The position numbers and the translations under genes are program-made. 64,000 bases of DNA from Spirochaetia bacterium (GTDB lineage: Bacteria > Spirochaetota > Spirochaetia > UBA9216). This document shows positions 10,013 through 19,335 of the stretch, piece by piece (position 1 is the first letter of the stretch; every line of letters starts with the position of its first letter). The stretch lies in NCBI GenBank assembly GCA_963675665.1, contig OY776510.1:448001-512000 (forward strand). The letters are read 5' to 3'. The notes below the pieces were generated by a model that saw nothing but the letters and a program-made list of their open reading frames with translations, searched no databases and was not told the DNA's origin.

Positions 10013-10170
10013 CCATTTTACGCTCCACGAGCACCTAAAATGTTGCTACGCTACGCTCCACATGCATTTGAAAGTGCTGCTCCACTACGCTCCGCAGACA
10101 TTTGACATTGTTGTTTCAGTTCCTTCCACAGACATTGGAAAATGTTGCTACGCTACGCTCCACAGCATTT
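10013..10170. repeat. Tandem array of ~4.5 imperfect 33-34-bp hairpin (REP-like) units
   Basis: Units at 10037, 10070, 10104, 10138; consensus GAAAATGTTGCTACGCTACGCTCCACAGCATTT. Confidence 0.85.
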
Positions 10171-10629
10171 TTTGAACTTTTTGCCGCTGCCGCAGGGACA
10201 AGGTTCGTTGCGGCCGATCTTCGGCGTTTCCCGCACTACGGTAGCCGACGGCGTATAACCGTCGCTGAAATACCAGAAACCGTTCTTTTTTACGAAACTG
10301 CTTATTTCATGATGATCGTATTCTGTTCCATCCTGGCTGAATTTTGCAGTAAATTCTACCTCGCCTTCATCACCCGAACTTTCTGCGCGTTTTATCTCAA
10401 GCCCCAGCCAGTCCGATTCCGCCGCCCATTTTTCAGTAGCTTTGCGATCGAGCCTGTTGAGTCTTGCAGGATCATGCGTATCAACGATGAAATCTATTTC
10501 CTGCATAACATATGCGGTATACCGCGCGCGCATCAGCGCTTCGGGTCCGGAGGCGTTCTTTTTACCGCTGATATACGGTTCGCAGCAAGCTGTATATGAT
10601 TTTCCGCTTCCGCAGGGACAATTACTCAT
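10153..10629 (-). CDS. ychJ: YchJ family protein with N- and C-terminal SEC-C motifs
   Basis: [49 protein letters not shown]. Confidence 0.92.
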   Translation of the reverse strand: MSNCPCGSGKSYTACCEPYISGKKNASGPEALMRARYTAYVMQEIDFIVDTHDPARLNRLDRKATEKWAAESDWLGLEIKRAESSGDEGEVEFTAKFSQDGTEYDHHEISSFVKKNGFWYFSDGYTPSATVVRETPKIGRNEPCPCGSGKKFKKCCGA

Positions 10630-10762
10630 TTTTCACTCCTGAAAATAATCTTAAATTATCGGTTTTATCCCTAAAATTCAAGCTTTCCCCTTAAAAACAG
10701 GAAGATTACACAAATTCATAAACATTTTCTTGACTTATAACACCTATAGTACTATAGTTATA

Positions 10763-10784
10763 TTGTACTAATGGTTTAGTACAA
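10763..10784. promoter_or_regulatory. YtrA-subfamily GntR operator
   Basis: TTGTACTA-ATGGTT-TAGTACAA palindrome downstream of a TTGACT..TATAGT promoter. Confidence 0.8.
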
Positions 10785-10815
10785 GTATACAACTCCATCA
10801 TATGGGGGATGCAAT

Positions 10816-11271
10816 GTGACAGAAAATTCGTTAAAAACCCTGGTTTTCAGTCTTGATCCGAAGAGCGGTGTGCCTTTCTATAAACAGGTAATCCTGCAGA
10901 TAGAAATGGCAATCGCCGACGGACGGTTGATAAACGGCGATCAGCTGCCTACGGTTCGAAGCCTGGCAGTTGATCTGAGTATAAATCCCAATACCGTTGC
11001 CCGAGCCTACAATGAACTCGAAATACGTGGAATCGTTAACACTCAGCAGGGAACGGGAACATTCATCAGCGGGAAAACCGTAGAGATCGATGATATCAAG
11101 CGCGAGAAGGTCCTCGCCGGCATAAGCCGTTCCTTTATCTCAAAAGCCGGATCTTACGGTTTCACTCTGAAAGAGATTATAGAATATCTTCAATCGCTGA
11201 ACACTGCAGGAGGGGCTTCCGCCTCATCAGTGAATCATAAAGCGGGTGAAGATAAAGGAGGAAAAGAATGA
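10816..11271 (+). CDS. GntR (YtrA subfamily) regulator
   Basis: PFYKQV, LPTVRSLAVDLSINPNTVARAY.ELE, QGTGTFI; short C-domain. Confidence 0.93.
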   Translation: MTENSLKTLVFSLDPKSGVPFYKQVILQIEMAIADGRLINGDQLPTVRSLAVDLSINPNTVARAYNELEIRGIVNTQQGTGTFISGKTVEIDDIKREKVLAGISRSFISKAGSYGFTLKEIIEYLQSLNTAGGASASSVNHKAGEDKGGKE

Positions 11272-12362
11272 ATCTTTTTCAAACAAAACCAACAAGAATA
11301 AAAAACTTTCAAACACCGGTATTCCATAAAGATTTCAGCTACAGCGCAGTTTCACTTCTTGTGCTCGGTATTTTTGTAGCAGTCGGTGTATTTATCCAGA
11401 TACAGATGTATCCTGACAGTACAACAGAACAGGTAGTGCAGCTTACTGCAGGCCTGTTTTTCGGCGGTGTACTTCTGGCGATGCTTCCGTTATGGCTGTT
11501 CAGCATTGTGATAATAAGCGCCATATGGATTAACCTTCTTGCTTTTTTCAACCTGGACTTCTGGCCTCTGGCAACAGCCGGATCAATAGGGGTACTCATC
11601 TCGGCATCTGTAGAGCTGGTCTACCAATGGGATAAGGTAGTTATTCTGCGTATGGGAAAATTCAAAAAAGTACACGGCCCCGGAATATTCGTTCTTCTTC
11701 CCCTTCTTGATCGTACCGCGGCATATATCGACACACGAATAAGGGCAACTGATTTCAGCGCCGAAAAAACACTTACTATCGATACGGTACCGGTACATGT
11801 AGACGCACTCTGCTTCTGGATGATCTGGGACGCTAAAAAAGCGGTGCTGGAAGTAGAAAACTACCTGGAAGCGGTAACACTGTCTGCACAGACTGCGCTT
11901 CGCGATTCCATAGGCAAACATGATCTGGCATCACTATTGTCAGAACGCGAAGAACTCGGACGGGAAATTCAGCAGGCCCTCGATTCAAAAACAAACCCGT
12001 GGGGAGTCTCAATCCTTTCGGTTGAAATTACCGATATAATCATCCCGAAAGAGCTGGAAGATTCGATGAGCAAACAGGCACAGGCCGAACGCGAACGGAG
12101 ATCGCGAGTCATCCTCAGTACCGCGGAAGTGGAAATTGCGGAGAAATTCGAAATGGCTGCTGAAAAATACAGCAAAAACCCTACAGCTTTCCAGCTGAGA
12201 GCAATGAACATGGTATACGAAGGCCTGAGACAAAATAATTCCATGATGCTTATGCCGTCTTCTGCCCTGGACAATATGAACCTCGGCGCTGTGATGGGAA
12301 CGGCAGCCATGAATGAAATAAACAAGCAGAAAAAAGATTCCAAGGAGAAACATGATGATTAA
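11268..12362 (+). CDS. SPFH/stomatin (slipin) protein with extra N-terminal TM helices
   Basis: VILRMGK...GPG, AQTALRDSIG, WGVSILSVEI.D, AQAERERR. Confidence 0.9.
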   Translation: MNLFQTKPTRIKNFQTPVFHKDFSYSAVSLLVLGIFVAVGVFIQIQMYPDSTTEQVVQLTAGLFFGGVLLAMLPLWLFSIVIISAIWINLLAFFNLDFWPLATAGSIGVLISASVELVYQWDKVVILRMGKFKKVHGPGIFVLLPLLDRTAAYIDTRIRATDFSAEKTLTIDTVPVHVDALCFWMIWDAKKAVLEVENYLEAVTLSAQTALRDSIGKHDLASLLSEREELGREIQQALDSKTNPWGVSILSVEITDIIIPKELEDSMSKQAQAERERRSRVILSTAEVEIAEKFEMAAEKYSKNPTAFQLRAMNMVYEGLRQNNSMMLMPSSALDNMNLGAVMGTAAMNEINKQKKDSKEKHDD

Positions 12363-13032
12363 GATTGACAATGTAATAAAAAACTACCGGAACGGTGAAA
12401 CCGAAGTTAAAGCTCTGAGAGGTGTTTCCCTTGAAATCGACAAGGGCGAATTCACCTCAATTGCAGGCCCTTCCGGCTCGGGAAAAACAACCCTTCTTAA
12501 TCTTATAGGCTGCATCGATGTTCTTGATCGCGGAGAAATCACAATTAAGAACGAGCCTGTTTCAAGCATGAACAAAAAGGAAAAAACAAATTTCAGACGC
12601 CTGAATCTCGGGTTCGTCTTCCAGACTTACAACCTTATTCCGGTGCTTTCGGCTTATGAAAATGTATCCTTTGTTTTGTCTTTACTCGATATCAGCGAAA
12701 ATGAGGTACAGGAGCGCACAATGAACATTCTGAAGGAAGTCGGTCTTGAAGGCATGGAAAACCGAAAGCCGGCAAAACTTTCCGGAGGCCAGCAGCAGCG
12801 TGTGGCAATAGCACGTGCGCTTATAAAGAACCCGGAGATTGTGCTGGCCGATGAACCGACGGCAAATCTTGATTCCGGTACTGGAGAAGAAATTCTGAAG
12901 TTGATGAAGGAGATGAATGAGAAACACGGAACGACCTTCATCTTTTCAACTCACGATCCGATGGTTATGGATTATGCCCGGCGTGTTGTTATGCTTCATG
13001 ACGGTCAGATACACAGCGACAAGAGGAAATAA
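12352..13032 (+). CDS. ABC transporter ATP-binding protein (LolD/MacB type)
   Basis: [35 protein letters not shown]. Confidence 0.95.
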   Translation: MMIKIDNVIKNYRNGETEVKALRGVSLEIDKGEFTSIAGPSGSGKTTLLNLIGCIDVLDRGEITIKNEPVSSMNKKEKTNFRRLNLGFVFQTYNLIPVLSAYENVSFVLSLLDISENEVQERTMNILKEVGLEGMENRKPAKLSGGQQQRVAIARALIKNPEIVLADEPTANLDSGTGEEILKLMKEMNEKHGTTFIFSTHDPMVMDYARRVVMLHDGQIHSDKRK

Positions 13033-13034
13033 TT

Positions 13035-14294
13035 ATGAAATTTATAATATCTCTGGCTTTTAAGAATTTGACCAGATATAAAAGACGTACATTAATTACC
13101 GCCGGCGCAATCGCTGTCGGAATAATGATGTTCATAATGATCGACTCTATGCTCAAGGGCGCCGAATATGAATCCGTAAGAAATCTGAAGTGGTATGAAA
13201 CTTCATCCGTCAGGCTCTATAACGAGGAGTATTGGGAAAACCGGCATCAGTTGCCGCTTGATATTAATATTGCCGATGCGGATACGGTTGTTGCCGAACT
13301 CGAAAGCGCAGGATATACGTCAGCAGCAAGAACGGTTTTCTCGGGAGACCTGATCCTTAATGCTGATGATTTTGGCGAAGACGGAAACATGCCCGTTCAG
13401 GTTACTGCAATAGACCCTGAAAAAGACTTTAAAGTCTTTCATTTTACCGACACGCTCATAGACGGCCGGTTCCTGAATACCGGAGAAGAGGCCGTTCTGC
13501 TTGGCTCCTGGATGGCTGAGGACATAGGCGCCGAAGTAGGATACTGGATAACGATAGTAACTCGCGGCAACGGCGGTTTTTATGAATCGATGGATCTCGA
13601 GGTTGTGGGCATAGTCAACTGTCCAAACCCGAACGTTAACCGCGGACTGGTAATGATGCCCTTAGATACCGCCGGAGATTATCTGGCAATGGAAGGAGCG
13701 GCAACCGAGATAAACATCAGGCTGTCGGATAAAGCGGACGTTGAAGCTGAAACGGCAATAATACAGAAAATTGTAGATAAAGCCGGCTTTTCTGAGAAAC
13801 TTACCGCTCTGGACTGGAAGTACATGGCGGCTGATTACCTGGCAATCGCACAGGCGAAACGCGGCGGTACCGGCATGGTTCTTTTTCTTATCTTTATAAT
13901 CGCCGCGGTAGGCATTTCCAATACCATGCTGATGGCCATCTTTGAACGGATTCGTGAATTGGGAATGATGCGCTCACTTGGAATGCCCGACAAAAAAATC
14001 CGGGCCGCCTTTTTGGTAGAAGCCTCCGGCATAGGAATGATTGGATCTATAATCGGTGTTATCCTCGGAATTCTGGTTAATATCTATGTCGTCAATATAG
14101 GTTTTGATTTCGGTTTCATCATGCGGGATATGGACATAGGATACCGGATTCAATCCGTAATGCGCGGAGTCTGGAATTTCGATACGATGATAGGGGCATT
14201 TTTTGCCGGAACTGTCATATCAACACTTGTAGCGTTTTTTCCGACCGGTAAAGCACTGAAAATGGACATTCCGTCCTGCCTCAGGCACCAGTAA
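13035..14294 (+). CDS. FtsX/LolE-like ABC permease
   Basis: LAFKNLTRYKRRT, ISNTMLMAIFERIRELGMMRSLG. Confidence 0.9.
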   Translation: MKFIISLAFKNLTRYKRRTLITAGAIAVGIMMFIMIDSMLKGAEYESVRNLKWYETSSVRLYNEEYWENRHQLPLDINIADADTVVAELESAGYTSAARTVFSGDLILNADDFGEDGNMPVQVTAIDPEKDFKVFHFTDTLIDGRFLNTGEEAVLLGSWMAEDIGAEVGYWITIVTRGNGGFYESMDLEVVGIVNCPNPNVNRGLVMMPLDTAGDYLAMEGAATEINIRLSDKADVEAETAIIQKIVDKAGFSEKLTALDWKYMAADYLAIAQAKRGGTGMVLFLIFIIAAVGISNTMLMAIFERIRELGMMRSLGMPDKKIRAAFLVEASGIGMIGSIIGVILGILVNIYVVNIGFDFGFIMRDMDIGYRIQSVMRGVWNFDTMIGAFFAGTVISTLVAFFPTGKALKMDIPSCLRHQ

Positions 14295-14348
14295 CGGAAT
14301 ACTGAAATTACTACCCTGTAATTTTTGGTATTCACAGGAGGATATAAA

Positions 14349-15581
14349 ATGACTTTGAAAATAGCTAAAACAGCCTATAAAAACATTTCCAGAAACAAGC
14401 GCCGTTCTATTCTTTCCGGGGCTGCAATCAGTATTGCAGCAATGAGCATAGTAATGTTTTTCGCATTGATTGGCGGGATGTCGCAGGATATGGAAAACAA
14501 CCTCGGTGCCTATTATTCAGGAGATGTTAATATAAGGAACACTGACTATGAAAAATATGAGCGGTTTAATCCTGTTCATCTGACTGTAAATATCGACGAG
14601 ACCGAAGCTGTGCTGAAACAGACAGAAGGGATTGACGAATGGGTATACCGAACAAATTTTCCCGCAAATATGTATATAAACGGCACCAATCACGGCGCCC
14701 TCGGCGTAGGAGTTGATTTCGCAAGGGAAGCCGGTTATATCGATCTTGGTTCTATCCTGAAAAAAGGAAAAATTCCTGAAACGGGAAAAAACGAGATGCT
14801 CATTGGAGCAGTTCTGGCAAACAACCTTCATCTTGATGTGGGCGACAAGGTAACTATTATTTCAATGACCGCCAGCCGCGGCTCAAACGCAATTACGCTT
14901 AAAATTGCGGGAATCGCAGCTTTTCCGGTCGCCGCCCTTAATGCCGGATACTTCTGGATGCCGATTGACCGTGTGCAGCACTTTCTGCAGATACCCGGAG
15001 CCACACAGCAGATCCTCATAAAAACCGCCGACGGATATAAACGCAAAAACATAGCGAACGAGATTGACGAAGCGCTTATTGCCGCCGGAATACCGGCTGA
15101 TGTTAACGAGATGGAGGATATGAGTATGATGTTTATATTCCTCCGACTTGCCGATATGGTTTACAACGTAATTGCCGTTTTCTTCTTTGTTCTGGGAAGC
15201 ACAGTAATCATAAATACCACAATGATGGTCATATTTGAAAGGATGCGGGAAATAGGCACACTGTCGGCGCTCGGCATGCACGGAAAGGAGCTGACGCGCC
15301 TCTTTCTTCTGGAAGGGACTTTTATAAGCGCGGCGGGCGCGGCAATAGGTGTTGTGGTCGGGGTAATTATCACCCTTTACCTGTCAAAAACCGGCATTGA
15401 TTTTACCGACGCCATGCAGGGAATTGAAATGGAAATATCTTCAGTACTGTATCCGGTTCTGAGTGTACCGAGGACCATTTTCGTATTTTTCTATTCGGTT
15501 ATCATCTCAAGTCTTGCAACCCTGATACCCTCGAAAAAAGCGTCACGTATTGAACCGGTTGAAGCGCTCAGATACATATAA
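14349..15581 (+). CDS. FtsX/LolE-like ABC permease
   Basis: AYKNISRNKRRS, INTTMMVIFERMREIGTLSALG, RIEPVEALR; AGGAGG before ATG 14349. Confidence 0.9.
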   Translation: MTLKIAKTAYKNISRNKRRSILSGAAISIAAMSIVMFFALIGGMSQDMENNLGAYYSGDVNIRNTDYEKYERFNPVHLTVNIDETEAVLKQTEGIDEWVYRTNFPANMYINGTNHGALGVGVDFAREAGYIDLGSILKKGKIPETGKNEMLIGAVLANNLHLDVGDKVTIISMTASRGSNAITLKIAGIAAFPVAALNAGYFWMPIDRVQHFLQIPGATQQILIKTADGYKRKNIANEIDEALIAAGIPADVNEMEDMSMMFIFLRLADMVYNVIAVFFFVLGSTVIINTTMMVIFERMREIGTLSALGMHGKELTRLFLLEGTFISAAGAAIGVVVGVIITLYLSKTGIDFTDAMQGIEMEISSVLYPVLSVPRTIFVFFYSVIISSLATLIPSKKASRIEPVEALRYI

Positions 15582-15708
15582 TACTGAAATGACATCCATG
15601 ACATTTCAGTATATTGAAGTATGAAATTAATAAGCTGAGAGACAGGCTTGTCATACTTCATCAATAAAATCTGCCATACCTGCGGCGCTGCTTCGCAGTC
15701 TATGGCAG
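15581..15708. other. Three consecutive intercistronic stem-loops
   Basis: IRs 15581-15612, 15615-15660, 15671-15708 (last contains GCTTCGC). Confidence 0.65.
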
Positions 15709-15729
15709 GATCTTTTACAGGAGGAACAT

Positions 15730-16464
15730 ATGAAAATCAAACTTTTGGTATTTACAATAATTGTCCTGCTTCCCGCAACAGTTTTCGGAATCAGCGGCGA
15801 TGAAATAGTAAGACTGGCCGATGAAGCCCAGACATTTGAAACCGCCGAATCCTCAGGCGAAATGAGAATCACCGACCGTTTCGGAACAAAGATCACGACA
15901 TTCAATTCGTGGGCAAGGGGAGAATCGGAATCGCTGATCGAATTTACCAGCCGTGCGGAACGCGGTCAGAAAGTTCTGCGCACCGAGGATGAGATTTATC
16001 TTTACTATCCCGACGCCGAAGAACTTATCAGAATGCAGGGGGCCGCTCTCAGACAGGGCATGCTGGGCTCGGACATCTCCTACGAAGATATGACCGGGGG
16101 CAAAGATCGGGCATCCAAATATGATATAGAAATCACAGGCGAAGAACGCGTACTTGGAAAAGATTGCTGGGTTCTTACGTTAACTGCCAATACCAGAACC
16201 GTCCCGTATCCGAAGGAAATAGTCTGGATAGACAAAGATAACTATATGGTCTTAAAGGGTGAATACTACACAAAATCCGGAAGACTTCTGAAAGAGATGG
16301 AAGTACTTGAAACAGACGTTCTCGGAGGAATCGAAGTTGCAGTTGAAACAAGGATCTCGGACAAGATGAAATCTGATTCTGAAACAATCATGATTTTAAA
16401 TGAGCTTAAAACCGACATAAAGCTTGATGATGAAATGTTTTCACTGGAGGAACTTTCATGGTAA
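15730..16464 (+). CDS. LolA-like outer membrane lipoprotein-sorting protein
   Basis: Signal peptide; ERGQKVLR, MLGSDISYEDM, YYTKSGRLLK. Confidence 0.88.
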   Translation: MKIKLLVFTIIVLLPATVFGISGDEIVRLADEAQTFETAESSGEMRITDRFGTKITTFNSWARGESESLIEFTSRAERGQKVLRTEDEIYLYYPDAEELIRMQGAALRQGMLGSDISYEDMTGGKDRASKYDIEITGEERVLGKDCWVLTLTANTRTVPYPKEIVWIDKDNYMVLKGEYYTKSGRLLKEMEVLETDVLGGIEVAVETRISDKMKSDSETIMILNELKTDIKLDDEMFSLEELSW

Positions 16465-17729
16465 AAAAAACCCTGATGCTGCTGTTTCTTGCTGCGGTAA
16501 TGCTTCTTCCTGCAACAGCAGAGGGAGATTTATCGATGGAACTCGGCATCAGTCATCTTGTTCTGCAAACAAGAGAAACAGAACCCGTTTACGACATGAG
16601 TAACCCGGAAGCTCCCGAACTTATCGGAACAGAAGGCGGCGATAAATACTGGGCATTGACCTCAAGCGGTTCCGGAGCTTTTTCATTTAAATCAGGCGGC
16701 AACAAAAACGTCAAAGCCGACCTTGCTTTCAGTTTCGCGTTTCCTGAAACGGATATTTCCGAGGCTGCAGGAGCTCCGTCCGGAACAGTAGTGATGCCAC
16801 TTTTAAGCCTTGATCGCGCCTGGGTTAAAGCGCGCTTTCCATGGTTCAGGGTTACCACCGGCAAAACAAGGCTCGACTGGGGCGAAGGTTTTATATTTAA
16901 TGCCGGGGATGTTATCCAGGGATCTACCGATACTGCAGTTGATCTGACCGCAGCCGAACTGCGGACTGAAACTAATTGGCTTGCAGCGCTGAATGTCCCG
17001 CTTGGCAGGTTCAGTTTTATAGAGGGCGTATATCTGCCGCCTGAACCCGACAGCGAAGCCGGTGAAATCATCGGCCGTATAGATAAATCGTCGGGCGGCG
17101 GAAGGTTATACACTAAATTGGCAGGAGTGAAAATAGAAGCCGGTTATTTTTTTGATCAGACAGCCGCAGATGATTCTTCCGATGATAATGCATTATCACA
17201 AAGACACAAACCGTATTTATCACTGCAGGGCAATCTTCTTGCCGACTGGTATCTTTCAACATCAGCAGCATTGCCGGTCAGCAGCAATCCGGAAGAACCG
17301 TTCAGGGATTCTTTTAACATCAGCGGAGGACTTTTTTATATTAAACAGCTGAACAGCATAAGTACAATAAGTTTCCGCCTTGAAGGTTTATATAAACCGT
17401 TCTTCAGCTGGCAGGAGGAATCTCGTGATCAAAACTCCGAACCTCCGGTTTATGCACTGCTTCTGTATCCTGAAATCAGCTGGAGTCCTGTTGATACTGT
17501 CAATTTATCAGTCCGTTCAATATGGTCCCCGGTGGACATGTCGGCGATGGCGGCAATCGGAGCAGGATGGAATGTTTTTGAAGGGTTCGATTTAAACTTT
17601 TACGCCGTAGCAAATGCAGGTGATCCCGACGACACTTTTGCCTGGAACAGGGATACTGCCTTGTGGGTGCCTGGAACCGATATAATCGACGCGGCAGCTT
17701 TTATTCTCGGAGTAAATTATATATATTGA
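16458..17729 (+). CDS. Putative outer-membrane beta-barrel protein
   Basis: Signal peptide, LDRAWVK, GKTRLDWG.G, alternating strands, C-terminal LGVNYIY. Confidence 0.65.
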   Translation: MVKKTLMLLFLAAVMLLPATAEGDLSMELGISHLVLQTRETEPVYDMSNPEAPELIGTEGGDKYWALTSSGSGAFSFKSGGNKNVKADLAFSFAFPETDISEAAGAPSGTVVMPLLSLDRAWVKARFPWFRVTTGKTRLDWGEGFIFNAGDVIQGSTDTAVDLTAAELRTETNWLAALNVPLGRFSFIEGVYLPPEPDSEAGEIIGRIDKSSGGGRLYTKLAGVKIEAGYFFDQTAADDSSDDNALSQRHKPYLSLQGNLLADWYLSTSAALPVSSNPEEPFRDSFNISGGLFYIKQLNSISTISFRLEGLYKPFFSWQEESRDQNSEPPVYALLLYPEISWSPVDTVNLSVRSIWSPVDMSAMAAIGAGWNVFEGFDLNFYAVANAGDPDDTFAWNRDTALWVPGTDIIDAAAFILGVNYIY

Positions 17730-17801
17730 CAGCGGAAATATTCTCATATTTTTCCAGGAAAGCTTGAGTTTCCATGATTGTTTAACAATAATTATACATA
17801 G

Positions 17802-19304
17802 ATGACCGACAAAAATGATTTTACCGCTGACAGGAACATCATATTGGCTGTATCCCTTTCAAAAGAAAGGGATATGCTGATTGAATTACTCGCCAACTCT
17901 AATCCGGATTGCAGGGTCTACTGTCCCGAGTCACTATCGGAACTTGATCGGATATCTGAAGAATGTAATATTGACTTGATCATTACCGATCTGGAATTTA
18001 AAAACGGCAGCCTGGTAGACTGGCTGGTCCTGTGGCCATACCCGTTTATCCTTCTGGCAAATCCGAACGGCTGTGAAAAAATCGATACTGTAATGAATGA
18101 TGAAGCAAGTTCTTTTATCATTCGTCGGGAAGATATGGCTCATGTACAGTTTATTCCCAGCATGATCAATAAGGTCCTGAAAATAAAAAAAAGCAGATCC
18201 GTTCAGAATGATTTTCTTAAAACCTCCGAAAAACAGTATATGAACCTTGTTCAGACTCTCCCTGATATAATATATGTTCTGGATAAAGACGGGCACTTCA
18301 CTTTTATAAACAATGCCGTCCGCAGCCTGGGCTGGGAACCGGTCGAACTAATCGGAAAACATTTCTCGGTCCTGCTGTTTCAGGATGATATTTCAAAAGT
18401 CTCAAGAGACATGATTCTGCCCAATCTGCGGGGAAGGGTTACCGGAAACGACAGGGCTCCAAAACTTTTCGACGAACGCAGAACAGGCAGCCGGATGACA
18501 CGGGGTCTGAAATTAAAACTCAAACGAAAACCCACAATAGGGGGAGCAGTTGACGTATCGCTTATTTCTTACGGTGAGGTCTCATCAATAGGATACGACG
18601 GTTTTCAGGAACCGAGTCATCATAAACTTGGAACCGCCGGAATAATCAGGGAAAACAAGAATTCCCATTTCAGCTCCTCACATAAAGAAGCTGAAAGTAT
18701 TTTCGACAGCAAGGGGGCCCTGACTCATGATCAGGTAATGCACCTGATCAATAACAAGCTGCAGATTCTGAACAGCCTGGTTTCTCTTAAACAAAGCATT
18801 TCCAACGAGCCCAAAGCATGTTCGGCTCTTGGAGAAGTCCAGATTCAGGTATATACGCTTTCACTTGTTTATCAGAACATGGTGACGATTGACGACAAGA
18901 TCAAGATAAGAATGGAATCTTATCTTGACGATATCTTAAAACATCTTATTTCATCCTATGCCGGCAACCCGTGGATACAGCAAACCGATCTTCACTGCGA
19001 TCCGATACATCTTGATGAAGATCAGGCAATAACCATATCCCTGTTTGTTAACGAACTGGTAACGTTATTTCTGAAAATTCAGGAATCTTTGAATAACAGC
19101 AGGCTTCCGCTTACAATAACCTTTCTTGTTAACAACGACATAGCTCAGCTGAAAATCAGGGCATCGGAAAAAATCTTCAACGAATACCGCACAATTATGA
19201 AAAACGAAGATTCAAATATCATAATTAAAACACTTGCCGAGATTTTAAAGGGCGAAATTTTCATCGATAAAGATTCAGTCACCCTTTTTTTCAATATTGA
19301 ATAA
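17802..19304 (+). CDS. REC-PAS-HisKA_2-type signalling protein with degenerate ATPase domain
   Basis: DLIITD receiver; LPDIIYVLDKDGHFTFIN PAS; HLINNKLQILNSLV H-box. Confidence 0.75.
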   Translation: MTDKNDFTADRNIILAVSLSKERDMLIELLANSNPDCRVYCPESLSELDRISEECNIDLIITDLEFKNGSLVDWLVLWPYPFILLANPNGCEKIDTVMNDEASSFIIRREDMAHVQFIPSMINKVLKIKKSRSVQNDFLKTSEKQYMNLVQTLPDIIYVLDKDGHFTFINNAVRSLGWEPVELIGKHFSVLLFQDDISKVSRDMILPNLRGRVTGNDRAPKLFDERRTGSRMTRGLKLKLKRKPTIGGAVDVSLISYGEVSSIGYDGFQEPSHHKLGTAGIIRENKNSHFSSSHKEAESIFDSKGALTHDQVMHLINNKLQILNSLVSLKQSISNEPKACSALGEVQIQVYTLSLVYQNMVTIDDKIKIRMESYLDDILKHLISSYAGNPWIQQTDLHCDPIHLDEDQAITISLFVNELVTLFLKIQESLNNSRLPLTITFLVNNDIAQLKIRASEKIFNEYRTIMKNEDSNIIIKTLAEILKGEIFIDKDSVTLFFNIE

Positions 19305-19335
19305 CAGAAATCTTTACAGTCAAACCCCTGTAAAT

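Noticed and set aside
10013-10170. Possible mini-CRISPR array
   Set aside because: Units are contiguous with no unique spacers, they are degenerate, and there are no cas genes in the window.
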